The notes under the pieces: generated by a model | What the model saw: the letters and a program-made list of their open reading frames with translations, nothing else | Database searches by the model: none | Told to the model about the DNA's origin: nothing | IMG/VR virus record: IMGVR_UViG_3300025392_000357 | Coordinates: 1-44,316 of that record | Direction: 5' to 3' (one strand) | Source of the DNA: a virus | Lineage: Duplodnaviria; Caudoviricetes | Length of the DNA stretch: 44,316 nucleotides | Shown here: piece by piece, positions 1 to 9,700 of the stretch | Numbering within the stretch: position 1 is the stretch's first letter | Layout: every line of letters begins with the position of its first letter | Program-made: the position numbers and the translations under genes

Positions 1-726
1 GTGCAGACATTACCCTGCGCGGTCAGGGAGTACGTATTCGATAATATCAACTTGTCTCAATCGGCGCAGGTTTATGCAGGTACAAATGAAGCGTTCAATG
101 AAGTTTGGTGGTTCTACCCCTCGGTTACTGGGCGCAATAGCGATGGATCTTTTGGAACCGGCACACCGTCCAACCCAAATACGTTGACTGATTCTTATGT
201 GGTATACAACTACGTGGATCAAAGTTGGTACTACGGCGCTATGCAAAGAACTGCATGGCTTTACTCGCCCTTGAGACAGACGCCAGTTGCAACAAACTAT
301 TATGGGCAGTTGATATATCACGAGAACGGTGTCAATGATGGAACGACTAATCCAGCTAGTCCTATTAATTCTTTCATCCAAAGTTCTGATTTTGATATTG
401 GCGACGGTAACAATTTTGGTTTTGTGTGGCGTATTGTTCCTGATATAAACTTTACGGGTTCATATAATCCCAACCCAACGGTTAATATGACGTTGCTGCC
501 AAGACAAAATCCAGGCAATAACTACGGCAATTCAAACAACCCAAACATTGTTAGTCAGCAAAACTATACACAAGAACGTGAGTATTTGATCCAGACTTTC
601 ACGCCTCAAATTTACGTACGAGCAAGAGGGCGTCAGATGGCGCTTAAAATTCAGTCAACCGGACTTGGCGTGCAATGGCAGTCAGGTTCGCAGCGTTTGG
701 ACATTCGTCCTGATGGAAGACGCTAA
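1..726 (+). CDS. Tail nozzle/DNA-stabilisation protein (P22 gp10 / T7 gp12-like), 5' truncated
   Basis: Open from base 1. Beta-rich C-terminus (EVWWFYPS, YVVYNY, RARGRQMALKI...W..G..RLDIRPDGRR) typical of podovirus stabilisation proteins. Lies upstream of the ejection genes. Confidence 0.6.
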   Translation: MQTLPCAVREYVFDNINLSQSAQVYAGTNEAFNEVWWFYPSVTGRNSDGSFGTGTPSNPNTLTDSYVVYNYVDQSWYYGAMQRTAWLYSPLRQTPVATNYYGQLIYHENGVNDGTTNPASPINSFIQSSDFDIGDGNNFGFVWRIVPDINFTGSYNPNPTVNMTLLPRQNPGNNYGNSNNPNIVSQQNYTQEREYLIQTFTPQIYVRARGRQMALKIQSTGLGVQWQSGSQRLDIRPDGRR

Positions 727-926
727 TGGCAACGCCTTTTAAGACCAACAGCGTACAAGTGCCTGCGGTACCGCAGCTGCCTGTCCCTCCCATTGCCTAC
801 GATCAAAATGAGCAGACTCAACTCAATAACGTTTTGCGTCTTTATTTTCAACAACTGAACACAGTAGTAAGCGTAAATACTAATAATATTGCGTCTAATT
901 CTGTTCTTACTTGGTTGAACCAATGA
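726..926 (+). CDS. Small virion-associated hypothetical protein
   Basis: TAATG overlap with the previous stop and ATGA overlap with the next start; 66 aa. Confidence 0.7.
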   Translation: MATPFKTNSVQVPAVPQLPVPPIAYDQNEQTQLNNVLRLYFQQLNTVVSVNTNNIASNSVLTWLNQ

Positions 927-1258
927 GCTTTTATCAAAACGTCATCCCTGTTCAGGTTGCTGCTGCGGCGGTTACAACGTCTACAACGACTATTTACACC
1001 GTTCCTGCGGCTACAAGAACTATAATTAAGGACATTAATATTACGGCGGGTAGTAGTATTACGGTGACAATTTACTTTGTACCAAGTGGCGGCACAGCGG
1101 GTACAGGAAATATCTTTTTGAATGTGGTTCCCGTTAATACGGGGGCGTCTTATTTTCATTGGGTGGGTACGCAGATCTTACAACCGGGTGGAACGATTCA
1201 AGTTGTTGCAAGCGGTACAGGTAGTAACATTTTTATAAGCGGTGGCGAAGCCACTTAA
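923..1258 (+). CDS. Small beta-rich structural protein (hypothetical)
   Basis: ATG at 923 overlaps the upstream TGA. Thr/Val/Gly-rich beta-sandwich-like sequence. Confidence 0.7.
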   Translation: MSFYQNVIPVQVAAAAVTTSTTTIYTVPAATRTIIKDINITAGSSITVTIYFVPSGGTAGTGNIFLNVVPVNTGASYFHWVGTQILQPGGTIQVVASGTGSNIFISGGEAT

Positions 1259-1268
1259 GGAGAGACGT

Positions 1269-2558
1269 ATGAGTATGTGGGACAACATGTCATTTGCCGA
1301 AAAACTGCTTGCAGTTGGCGCACTTGCGGCTACAGGCGGCGTAGCCGCTTCAGCGGTAGCAGGCGATGCTGCTATACCAGCATTAGGCGGTTCTGTTGCC
1401 GGAGGTTCTGTTCCAATTGATTTAACTGCTTCTGGTATCGGTGCTGGCGCAGGTAGTGCGGCTCCCGCCGTTGCTTCAGACGTTGTACCATTAGCAAGTA
1501 ATGCTGTTTACCCAAATGCCGCAGCTGCCGCAGCTTCACCAGGAACAGGAGCTGCAACAATACTTGGAAGTGCTGCCACAGAAGGTGCCGGTGCAGGTGC
1601 TACAGGTCAAATGGCGGTTGCCGATAATGCGTTGTATGCTAACGCTGCTAATCAGACTGCAACAACTCCAGCCCCGTGGTATTCAAATCTTTTACACAAC
1701 GCAATTACGCCTGCGCAGGGAGCAACCGGTACGTTTGGCACTGGAATGGGCTATGGCGCTGCTGGTCAGGCAGGCTTAATTGGGTTAGGCGGAGGACTTG
1801 GATACGCCGCTATAAGAGCTGCTGATAAAGGCTACGGCGTCCCCGCTCCAACAGTTGATACTGGACCTTTAAGTAGACTACAAGGTGCGCAGGGTGTTCC
1901 TTATTTAACAGACAGAGGCACAACAAAAAAGGCATCGGGGGGCTTATTGAGCGCCAATCCTAATCCTCCCATGTCGTATAACACGACGCCAACCTACAAC
2001 AATCCAACAAGCACGCCCGTGCCACAGCCGGTTATGCACTTTGCTGGAGGAGGTTCTTCACAATCCGATATTATTGCGCCAACTCCTGCGACCGGTGCAT
2101 ACGATCAATTAGGCGCTTATTTACAAGCTATGCAGGCTGCACAATCTCAGCAAGCAGGACAACAAGAATTGCAAGCACAACAAGATGCGCAACAACGTGC
2201 TGCTCAACAATCTTTGATGCCCGGTCCAACAATCGCTGCTGCAGGTGGTGGCATGATGTATGGCGCGGGGGGTGGTATTTCTAGCTTGGGACACTACTCA
2301 GATGGCGGTCAAATGCTAAAAGGTCCTGGAGACGGCATGTCCGACTCTATTCCCGCTACGATAGCCGGTAAACAACCTGCACGTTTAGCCAACGATGAAT
2401 TTGTAGTTCCTGCCGATGTTGTGTCTCACTTGGGCAACGGCTCATCTGATGCAGGTGCCAAAAAACTTTACGACATGATGGACAGGGTCAGACGCGCCAG
2501 AACAGGCACGCCTAAACAAGCTAAAGCCATTCACCCAGATCGGTACGTGCCAGGATGA
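1269..2558 (+). CDS. Putative internal virion protein, Ala/Gly-rich
   Basis: AAGGAGAG RBS before ATG 1269. Hydrophobic N-terminal segment. C-terminal GPGDGMSDSIPA..ARLANDEFVVPADVV motif of the type seen in phage virion/tape-measure proteins. Confidence 0.6.
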   Translation: MSMWDNMSFAEKLLAVGALAATGGVAASAVAGDAAIPALGGSVAGGSVPIDLTASGIGAGAGSAAPAVASDVVPLASNAVYPNAAAAAASPGTGAATILGSAATEGAGAGATGQMAVADNALYANAANQTATTPAPWYSNLLHNAITPAQGATGTFGTGMGYGAAGQAGLIGLGGGLGYAAIRAADKGYGVPAPTVDTGPLSRLQGAQGVPYLTDRGTTKKASGGLLSANPNPPMSYNTTPTYNNPTSTPVPQPVMHFAGGGSSQSDIIAPTPATGAYDQLGAYLQAMQAAQSQQAGQQELQAQQDAQQRAAQQSLMPGPTIAAAGGGMMYGAGGGISSLGHYSDGGQMLKGPGDGMSDSIPATIAGKQPARLANDEFVVPADVVSHLGNGSSDAGAKKLYDMMDRVRRARTGTPKQAKAIHPDRYVPG

Positions 2559-3271
2559 ACAACCAAGGAAAATCATTGCTAAGTGCGGTATTTGACGCGT
2601 TCCTTAGAAACGGAGCGGGGCTATTTATTGCCACTCGGTTAGCACCAACTGAGCAAGAGCACATGGCGCAATACTATTCTTTTATGCAGCCACAGCCACA
2701 CTCTGTTATTGTGGATCTTGGGTGCGGGTCTGGCGAAGCCGGAGCGCTTTTACAAAACATTGATCCCACACTAAAAGTCATCAATGTGGTGAACGACCCG
2801 GCGCTAATTGACTACATGATTAACGCTAAAAGAATATGCGTCAATGCGTCTTTTGAGAACACCCCCTTGCCTGATGCGTGCGCAGATTACGTCATGTTCA
2901 ATGAGTCTATTGGGTACGGGGACTTAGACGCTGTTTTTAAAGAAGCGAACCGTCTGCTCAGAGATGGTGGCGTGGTAACTATTAAAGACTTTACCGTCAT
3001 TAATCCGTCCGAGTCTAAAGTATTTTTAGAAAACTGGAGCTACACAATTCGTCAGCCTAGTGAATTTATTGCGGCGGCTTATAAGAATGGTTTTAGTGTG
3101 CAAGCTATGATTCACCCTGTTTCATACACCAAGCATTGGTTTGATATTATGGCGCAGTCCGATGAGGCGCGTGAATCTGCTTTGCAACATGACCCCCGGA
3201 ACTTACCGCTGTGTACAGTTTTGTATCGTTTAATCAAAGGTAAACTCAATGGATGCTCAGCAGATCAATGA
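2555..3271 (+). CDS. Class I SAM-dependent methyltransferase (small-molecule type; resembles sterol/tocopherol/geranyl-diphosphate methyltransferases)
   Basis: Motif I VDLGCGSG, PLPDACADYVMFNES, and FKEANRLLRDGGVVTIKD. No DPPY/NPPY or PC DNA-methyltransferase motif. Confidence 0.85.
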   Translation: MNNQGKSLLSAVFDAFLRNGAGLFIATRLAPTEQEHMAQYYSFMQPQPHSVIVDLGCGSGEAGALLQNIDPTLKVINVVNDPALIDYMINAKRICVNASFENTPLPDACADYVMFNESIGYGDLDAVFKEANRLLRDGGVVTIKDFTVINPSESKVFLENWSYTIRQPSEFIAAAYKNGFSVQAMIHPVSYTKHWFDIMAQSDEARESALQHDPRNLPLCTVLYRLIKGKLNGCSADQ

Positions 3272-3716
3272 GCAGCGTTTAGCATGGTTTGGTGGAAACC
3301 AAGATGCTGTCAACATGTATTCCATGTTTGTGGATTTGTCCCACTCATGGGACGATATTGTGGACGGAGATAAAGACATCCAAGAGGAAAAGATTAACCA
3401 AGCGTTTTTGACTGCACTTGTTTATCTACCCGCCAATCCTTTTTACAGACGAATACAAGATCAAGTTGCCCCTATGTGGCTGTCTATTGTTTCTGCGTAT
3501 GAAGTGGCAAATAAATTTGAAAAAGACAAAGACCCACATGGCTTAGAGATTGCTCATGGTTTGAGATATGCAGCGGGGCACATTGTTGCCTACGCAATCA
3601 TTGTATGTCTGGGTCAAGACAAGGCTAGAGGTGTGCTTCCAGATATGTGGAAAGACATTTATTTTGAAAGATTTGAAGAATACAAAAAGGAGCATTTAGA
3701 TGCTGAACATGCTTAA
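3249..3716 (+). CDS. Helical DDxxD-motif protein, possible isoprenoid synthase/prenyltransferase fold
   Basis: HSWDDIVDGD aspartate-rich motif, predicted all-alpha, later LRY. Overlaps both neighbouring genes. Confidence 0.5.
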   Translation: MDAQQINEQRLAWFGGNQDAVNMYSMFVDLSHSWDDIVDGDKDIQEEKINQAFLTALVYLPANPFYRRIQDQVAPMWLSIVSAYEVANKFEKDKDPHGLEIAHGLRYAAGHIVAYAIIVCLGQDKARGVLPDMWKDIYFERFEEYKKEHLDAEHA

Positions 3717-5001
3717 ATTAGTTAAATGGTTTTTTATTGACCAATATGTCCTTGGCATCTCTAGTGGTGGGGGTGCAAGCCAACCTGCGGCAACAAGTGC
3801 AACAAACACCACATCGAACATTTCGCCTTGGGCACAACCAGGTGTTTCGCAGCTCATTAGTTCGGGATTACAAAACGCGTTTCCTAACTACAATCAGGCT
3901 ACTGGGGAACTTGGACCGCAGTCTGGGTACACACCTTTTAATGTAAACAACGCCGCGGCAACTATAACAGACCCTGTAACGGGTCAGCAAAAAGCAAATC
4001 CCGCCTACGATCAAATGACTGCAACCGCCGCTGCGGCGGGTAAAAATAGTGTTGCAGACTTTACCGGTTTACAAAACCAGTCGTTTAATACTGCTGGAAA
4101 TATGCAAGTCCCTGGACAATATGGACAAGCAACTAGTTTAACCGGCATGGCTGCGCAAGGTAATTTAGGCACTATTGCGGGTGCGGGTCAATATGGTCAA
4201 GCAGGTTATAACGCGGGTATGGGCTACGGACAAAATGCCACAAATGCCAACGCCGTCAACGCATACATGAATCCGTATTGGCAAACTGCGCTGCAGCCCG
4301 GATTAAATTTGCTTAACCAGCAGTACGGCATACAACAAAATAACAACGCGACACAAGCTACGCAAGCCGGAGCATTTGGCGGTTCGCGCATGGGTATTCA
4401 ACAAGGACTAACAAATCAAGCTAATCAACTTGCGCAACAGCAAATGATTGGAACAGGGTTAAATAACGCCTTTAATACCGCACAACAAAACATGCAGCAA
4501 GCCTCCACTCTGGGTATGCAGGGCGCGCAACAAGGTCTTGCAGGAATTCAGGCACAACAAGCCGGGTATAACAACGCCGCTAATGCAGGCGTTAACTTGG
4601 CAAATATTGGTGCGCAGCAACTGGGCGCTCAACAAAGTATTGCAGGCTTGCAGAACGCATACGGCGCACAACAACAGCAACAAGCGCAAAACGTTATCAA
4701 CCAAGGCGCGCAGAACTACAGCACAATGCAGGCATACCCAATGCAGCAATTATCGCAATTGGAAAGTCTGTATACAGGTGCGCCGACAAGCACAACCACA
4801 CAAAACTTCCAAGCACCACCAAACATGCTGTCTCAGGTTGCAGGTCTTGGTATGGCAGGTTATGGTTTGAGTCAGTTAGGAACAGGTTCTACAACCACAC
4901 AGCCTACTAAGAGAACTGGTGGTCGAATCAAAGCCCCTGATAATCGTATGAAGAAACAAGGCGCAGGTCTGGGCGATCTTGCATTGTCCAAATTAGTATA
5001 A
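3700..5001 (+). CDS. Internal virion/DNA ejection protein (P22 gp7/gp20-like slot)
   Basis: Gln/Ala/Gly/Asn-rich low-complexity protein with QAGAFGGSR motif. N-terminal leader followed by SSGGG. Hydrophobic Gly-rich segment near the C-terminus. Confidence 0.7.
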   Translation: MLNMLKLVKWFFIDQYVLGISSGGGASQPAATSATNTTSNISPWAQPGVSQLISSGLQNAFPNYNQATGELGPQSGYTPFNVNNAAATITDPVTGQQKANPAYDQMTATAAAAGKNSVADFTGLQNQSFNTAGNMQVPGQYGQATSLTGMAAQGNLGTIAGAGQYGQAGYNAGMGYGQNATNANAVNAYMNPYWQTALQPGLNLLNQQYGIQQNNNATQATQAGAFGGSRMGIQQGLTNQANQLAQQQMIGTGLNNAFNTAQQNMQQASTLGMQGAQQGLAGIQAQQAGYNNAANAGVNLANIGAQQLGAQQSIAGLQNAYGAQQQQQAQNVINQGAQNYSTMQAYPMQQLSQLESLYTGAPTSTTTQNFQAPPNMLSQVAGLGMAGYGLSQLGTGSTTTQPTKRTGGRIKAPDNRMKKQGAGLGDLALSKLV

Positions 5002-5012
5002 GGAATTAAGCA

Positions 5013-6725
5013 ATGATGACTCCCGCAATGCAGGCTACACAGCCTCAAAATATTCCACAAACAACCGCGTTGTTGATGGATATGAAGAACAAAGGTACGC
5101 TACAGAGTTATGTAGCACAGCACCAAAACGATCCTGGTTACGGGGCGCTTTTGTCTTTAGCCATGACGATCAATCAGGCAGGAAACGACTCAAAAGCTTT
5201 GCAAGCCCAACTCCCACAACAAACGGTATCGCAACAAGAGTTAGCTAAACTAAACGCTGCCCCAACGCAAACCGCAGGCTTACCCAGTATTATGCCAAGT
5301 GCGGCTCCTAGCGCGGCTCCTGGCATGCCTCCCAGCGCGGCTCCCAATGCGGCTCCTGATCCCGAAACTATGCTTCGTCAAGCAATTGATGCGCGTATTG
5401 CTGCAAAGGACTTTGAGGGTGCCCAAAAGCTAATTAAAGAACTTGCTAAGATTGACGAAAAGGCTTCACCCGACGCAAACAAACTTCCAGAAGAACGCGG
5501 TATTGCTACGCTCAATCCACAAGCTTCTATTCCTGATGGTGGTATTGCTGGAGAACCAGACGAAGCAGAGACTAAACATTTCTTTCCGGGCGGTAGCACA
5601 GGTACGGAAGATGACGATACACAAAATACACCTGTTGTTGCAAATACTACGCCTATAAACCCAGATTACCCTTCGTTATTTAAACAAAACCCTGCCACAC
5701 CTGTTGCGGCGCCTACAGATTTTGTGCACATGTCTCCCCAAGACACAGCGAAGTTTATTCAATCTTATAACGCAAGTAACCCTGATCCTTTTGCAACGCA
5801 AACACAAACATTATTAAACGCACAAAACACCGCAGCGCAAAACGCACTTGAAAGAACTAAGTCATCTATTGCTAATCAAGGCGTGTATGGCGCAGCCCAA
5901 GAACAGCGGTTGAATGCACGTGAACAAAAGCTTGCTGATGCAGAAAATAAAAACTACGCTTTGTCTTTTATTCTTGGCGGTTTCAAAGCCATGTCTGCTG
6001 TTCCTGGCTCAAAAGATGAGAATGGCAACGTTATTGCTGGCGGTTTGGGTGGTCTGTCTTCTGGCGTGCAAACAGGTATAAAACACTATATTGCAGGTCA
6101 AGACAAGATTGAACAAGCCAGAGATACCTTAAATGAGGCAAAAGATAAACTTGACTTTATTAGGTTTAACCAAAAGAATCTTAACAATAAAGAACTTGAC
6201 GCAGCGCACAATGCTGTGGATAACTCTGTGGTTAAAGGTATGGAAACAGGAATTGCGGGGCTTAGACAACGAGAAGGCGTTAACAACGCCCAAGCTCTTG
6301 CCATACTAAAAACCGGGGCAGACGCTCAGATGAATTCAGAAAAAAATGCTACAAGTGTTCAAGTTGCAAAAATTGGATACCAAGGCAGCATACCTGCTCT
6401 GTATGCCGGTATTGGTGGTGGCGACATGGCAAAAGGTTTTGCTTTAGCCCACCAACCCGACAGTATGAAAATGGCTTTGGCGTTGGGTGTGGGAGATACT
6501 CAGCAAGAAAAAATTGCAGACGGGCTTTCTAAGTTTACAATGGCAACTACAAAAGAAAGTTTGCCACAAGCATGGGCAAGGTATCAAGCGGCTTGGGCAG
6601 GAAAAGAAAGCCCCACTTCACAAATGAAAAGTGCAGAAGATTTTGCAAGAGAGTGGTACGCAACCCAAAGAGCAGAACGAAGACCCGATCCTACTAACAA
6701 CCCAGGCTCAGGCGCACGTCCTTAA
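5013..6725 (+). CDS. Internal virion/DNA ejection protein
   Basis: AAGGAAT RBS. Helical/coiled-coil 570 aa between ejection genes. Confidence 0.6.
   Translation: MMTPAMQATQPQNIPQTTALLMDMKNKGTLQSYVAQHQNDPGYGALLSLAMTINQAGNDSKALQAQLPQQTVSQQELAKLNAAPTQTAGLPSIMPSAAPSAAPGMPPSAAPNAAPDPETMLRQAIDARIAAKDFEGAQKLIKELAKIDEKASPDANKLPEERGIATLNPQASIPDGGIAGEPDEAETKHFFPGGSTGTEDDDTQNTPVVANTTPINPDYPSLFKQNPATPVAAPTDFVHMSPQDTAKFIQSYNASNPDPFATQTQTLLNAQNTAAQNALERTKSSIANQGVYGAAQEQRLNAREQKLADAENKNYALSFILGGFKAMSAVPGSKDENGNVIAGGLGGLSSGVQTGIKHYIAGQDKIEQARDTLNEAKDKLDFIRFNQKNLNNKELDAAHNAVDNSVVKGMETGIAGLRQREGVNNAQALAILKTGADAQMNSEKNATSVQVAKIGYQGSIPALYAGIGGGDMAKGFALAHQPDSMKMALALGVGDTQQEKIADGLSKFTMATTKESLPQAWARYQAAWAGKESPTSQMKSAEDFAREWYATQRAERRPDPTNNPGSGARP
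5295..5357 (+). repeat. Short coding tandem repeat (GCGGCTCC core; PSAA-like peptide units)
   Basis: GCGGCTCC occurs four times, encoding PSAAPSAAPGMPPSAAPNAAP. Confidence 0.7.
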
Positions 6726-6734
6726 AAGTAAAAT

Positions 6735-9700
6735 ATGGCTCAATATCTACCTCTACCCGACGGCACTTCAGTAACAGTCAGGGAAGGCGAAACGCCAGAC
6801 CAGGCATGGGGGCGTGCATTACAGATGTATCCTGAAGCGTTTGGGTTTGCGCCCAAACCACCAGAGCCTAAGCCTCAACAACCAACTGGTTTTTTTCCAG
6901 GTTTAGGTCGCGGTTTACAAGGGGGTGCTGCACAAACAGGTGAAGCTTTAGGCGAACTTGGGGGGCTTGAAGGGCTTAGACAATATAGCGAAGAACAAAA
7001 ACGAATTGCTGCTGAAAAAGCAATTGGAGACGAGACTTGGCGCGGTAAAGCCGGTGAAGCTATTGGTAATGTAATAGGGCGTTTTGGTGCGCCTATGGCT
7101 GCGGGTGCAGTTGCGGCAGCAGCCGCTCCTGAATTTGCTTTGGCTAGTTTAGGTGCTGGAGCACTAGGATTTGTCGCTGCCGATCTTCCTTTAAACATTG
7201 GTGAATCTTTAGCCGCGCAACGCGAAGCCGGACAAACGCAAAGTGCTGCTAGAGCAACAGCCACAGGTATAGCCAAGACTGCTATTGATACGCTTGGTGG
7301 AGAAGTGCTTGCCGGACCTATGCGTTCTATTATTGGCAAGACGGCTATTGAGCAAGCCCAACCCTTAGTTAAAGAAGTGCTTGCGGGGAACATGACCGTA
7401 GCACAGGCAACCGAAAAACTTAGCGGTTTCTTGAAAAACTTTATGCAGTCCACCGCCCAAAACGCGGTGGTTGGTCCGGCTACTATGGTGGCTCGTGATG
7501 TCACAGAACGTGTAGGACTTGGACAAGAAGTTGCATCCCCAGAAGCCATGAAACAGTACGGACAAGATCTGTTGTCCGGCGTTGAAGTGTCTCCTGTGTT
7601 TGGCGCTTTACAAGCACGTAGTACTGTTAAGGGTGCTAAGGCAGCGCTTGAAAAGGCAGGAGAGGCACGCCAAGCCGCTCAAGCTGCTACGCCACCCACA
7701 CCTCCAGACCTATTGACAGCCCCAGGCATACCCATGCCTGGACCAGAGACAGAGGAAAAAGCACAAGCGCCTGATGTACTAAGGATGGTGGATGAGCACA
7801 AGGCAATGACTGCCCAAGTGCCAGAGATTTATGAACGATTGCAACAGGCAGTAGCGGCACGTGACACCGCCAATATTCGTCCTTTGGCTGATGCGCTACA
7901 AGGACTAAACTACCGTATCGAAAATCTTGGTAAAAAAATTACCGATGCGGGGGGTGTACTCGGTACTCCCGAAGACTTTGAAACTACGGCTGCCGCAGAA
8001 CTTAAAACCCACGATAAAAAAATTGCAGGCGCAGAAAAGAAACTTGACGCGGCAACGGCTGAAGGCGACTTTGAAAACATTAACAAACACGTTGACAAGT
8101 TAGACGAACTTCAACAGCAGCGCAAAGAAATTGAAGCAAAGCATGAACAAGCTCGTGCGCAATTGCAAAAGCAAGAAATAAAACCCGGTGAGACCTTTCC
8201 TCTATTTGGGCGTGGTCAAGAAGGTGCAGGTAAACCTGAAACACCACAGGAGTACGTACCCGCTGCTGCGCCTAGTCTTAAACTGGAAGATATTAAAAAC
8301 GCAATCCCCACGGTGTATAACCCTGCGGAGCCTACCACTCGCCTTGTAGAGAAAAAGATAAACGGTAAGTATGTTCAACAGGTTGTGGAAAATCCACTAC
8401 CTAAAAATGCTAATGAACCACTTAGCCCAGAAAACACAGACAGAGCGCACAAACGAATATTCAGGGCAGTTACGCAAGGATTAGAAAACGGTTTAACCAA
8501 TGACCAAATAACTCAACAAATCCAAACGGATACAAGAGGCGGTCTTACAACTGACACTTTAAATAATCTAAACAAGCTGTTAGACGAACAACGTGCAGTA
8601 CGGGAAAACCCACCTGTAAAGAAATTTGAACTCAACAAACAACCTGAAGCGGTTGAAGAAGCCAAACAAACAGAAGTTGATCAACGCCTAAAGCAAGCGT
8701 CTATTGAAGACAACGTGAACACTGCTGAGAAAATGGCAAGTGAGATTCAAAAGCTACAGGCTCAAAAAGATAAACTGCGTGGTTCTGAGCTTACCGACAA
8801 TGCTGCTTTGCTATCAGACCTTGAGGCTAAGAAAGCAGCGTATGACCAACATATTAAAGACAACTTAACACCCGACACTAAACAGTTGGATTTGTTCACG
8901 CCACAAAATGAGCGTGCAACTGGTCTTCGTAATGAAGACCCCGCCACAATAAAAGCGTTGGTTGATGAGCACCAGCTTAGAACCGCAAAAGAATCTTTGG
9001 CAAGACGTGACCAAGAAGCGGCTGACAAAGCTAGACTTATCAAAGCGTTGGATGATCGTCTAAATTTAGGTGGTCGCAAAGTAACTCGTACTGCAACGCC
9101 AGAAGAATACGACCGTATTACAAACGAAATCAACCGCCTTCAGTTATTGGTTGAGCAACCTATTGGTAACAATACACGTTCTTATTTGCAACAAGCAATT
9201 GACTTGGCAGCCAAGCATCAAACTTTACTTGACAAAAAAGCTGCCGGAGCTAAAGGACACATTGAGCGAACAATTGGCGCAGTACTTAAAGAGTACAACA
9301 GGATCATGGACAAACACATCCTGCCAATTAGAGACAGAATTGTTAGACTTCACCAAAGTTTGTACAGCGTTGAGCGTGCTGAGACGGCAACTGAGTTGAC
9401 TGAGAAAAGAAAAGCACAAGAAGAAAAACAACGTCAAAGTACAATTCGTCCTCCATCAGAAGCCGAGGCTAAAGAAGGCGTTATAGGTCGGGCAGTCATG
9501 TCCAGAGCCGCTAAGACTACAGCAAGAATTAACAAAGGTGACGTAGTCACCGAAGCCGTTAAGTCCAGCAAGATGCGCGACATCGCCCAGATGCTTGGGC
9601 GTGATACGCCTGAATTTGAAACGTACATGAACGCTCGCCTCAAAAAGCAAGAGGCACTTAATAAAAAGTACGGTGAAAAGAGTGAGCAAGCATTAGAGTT

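Noticed and set aside
2555-3271. Methyltransferase as a DNA methyltransferase
   Set aside because: Lacks (D/N)PPY and PC catalytic motifs and looks like a small-molecule methyltransferase.
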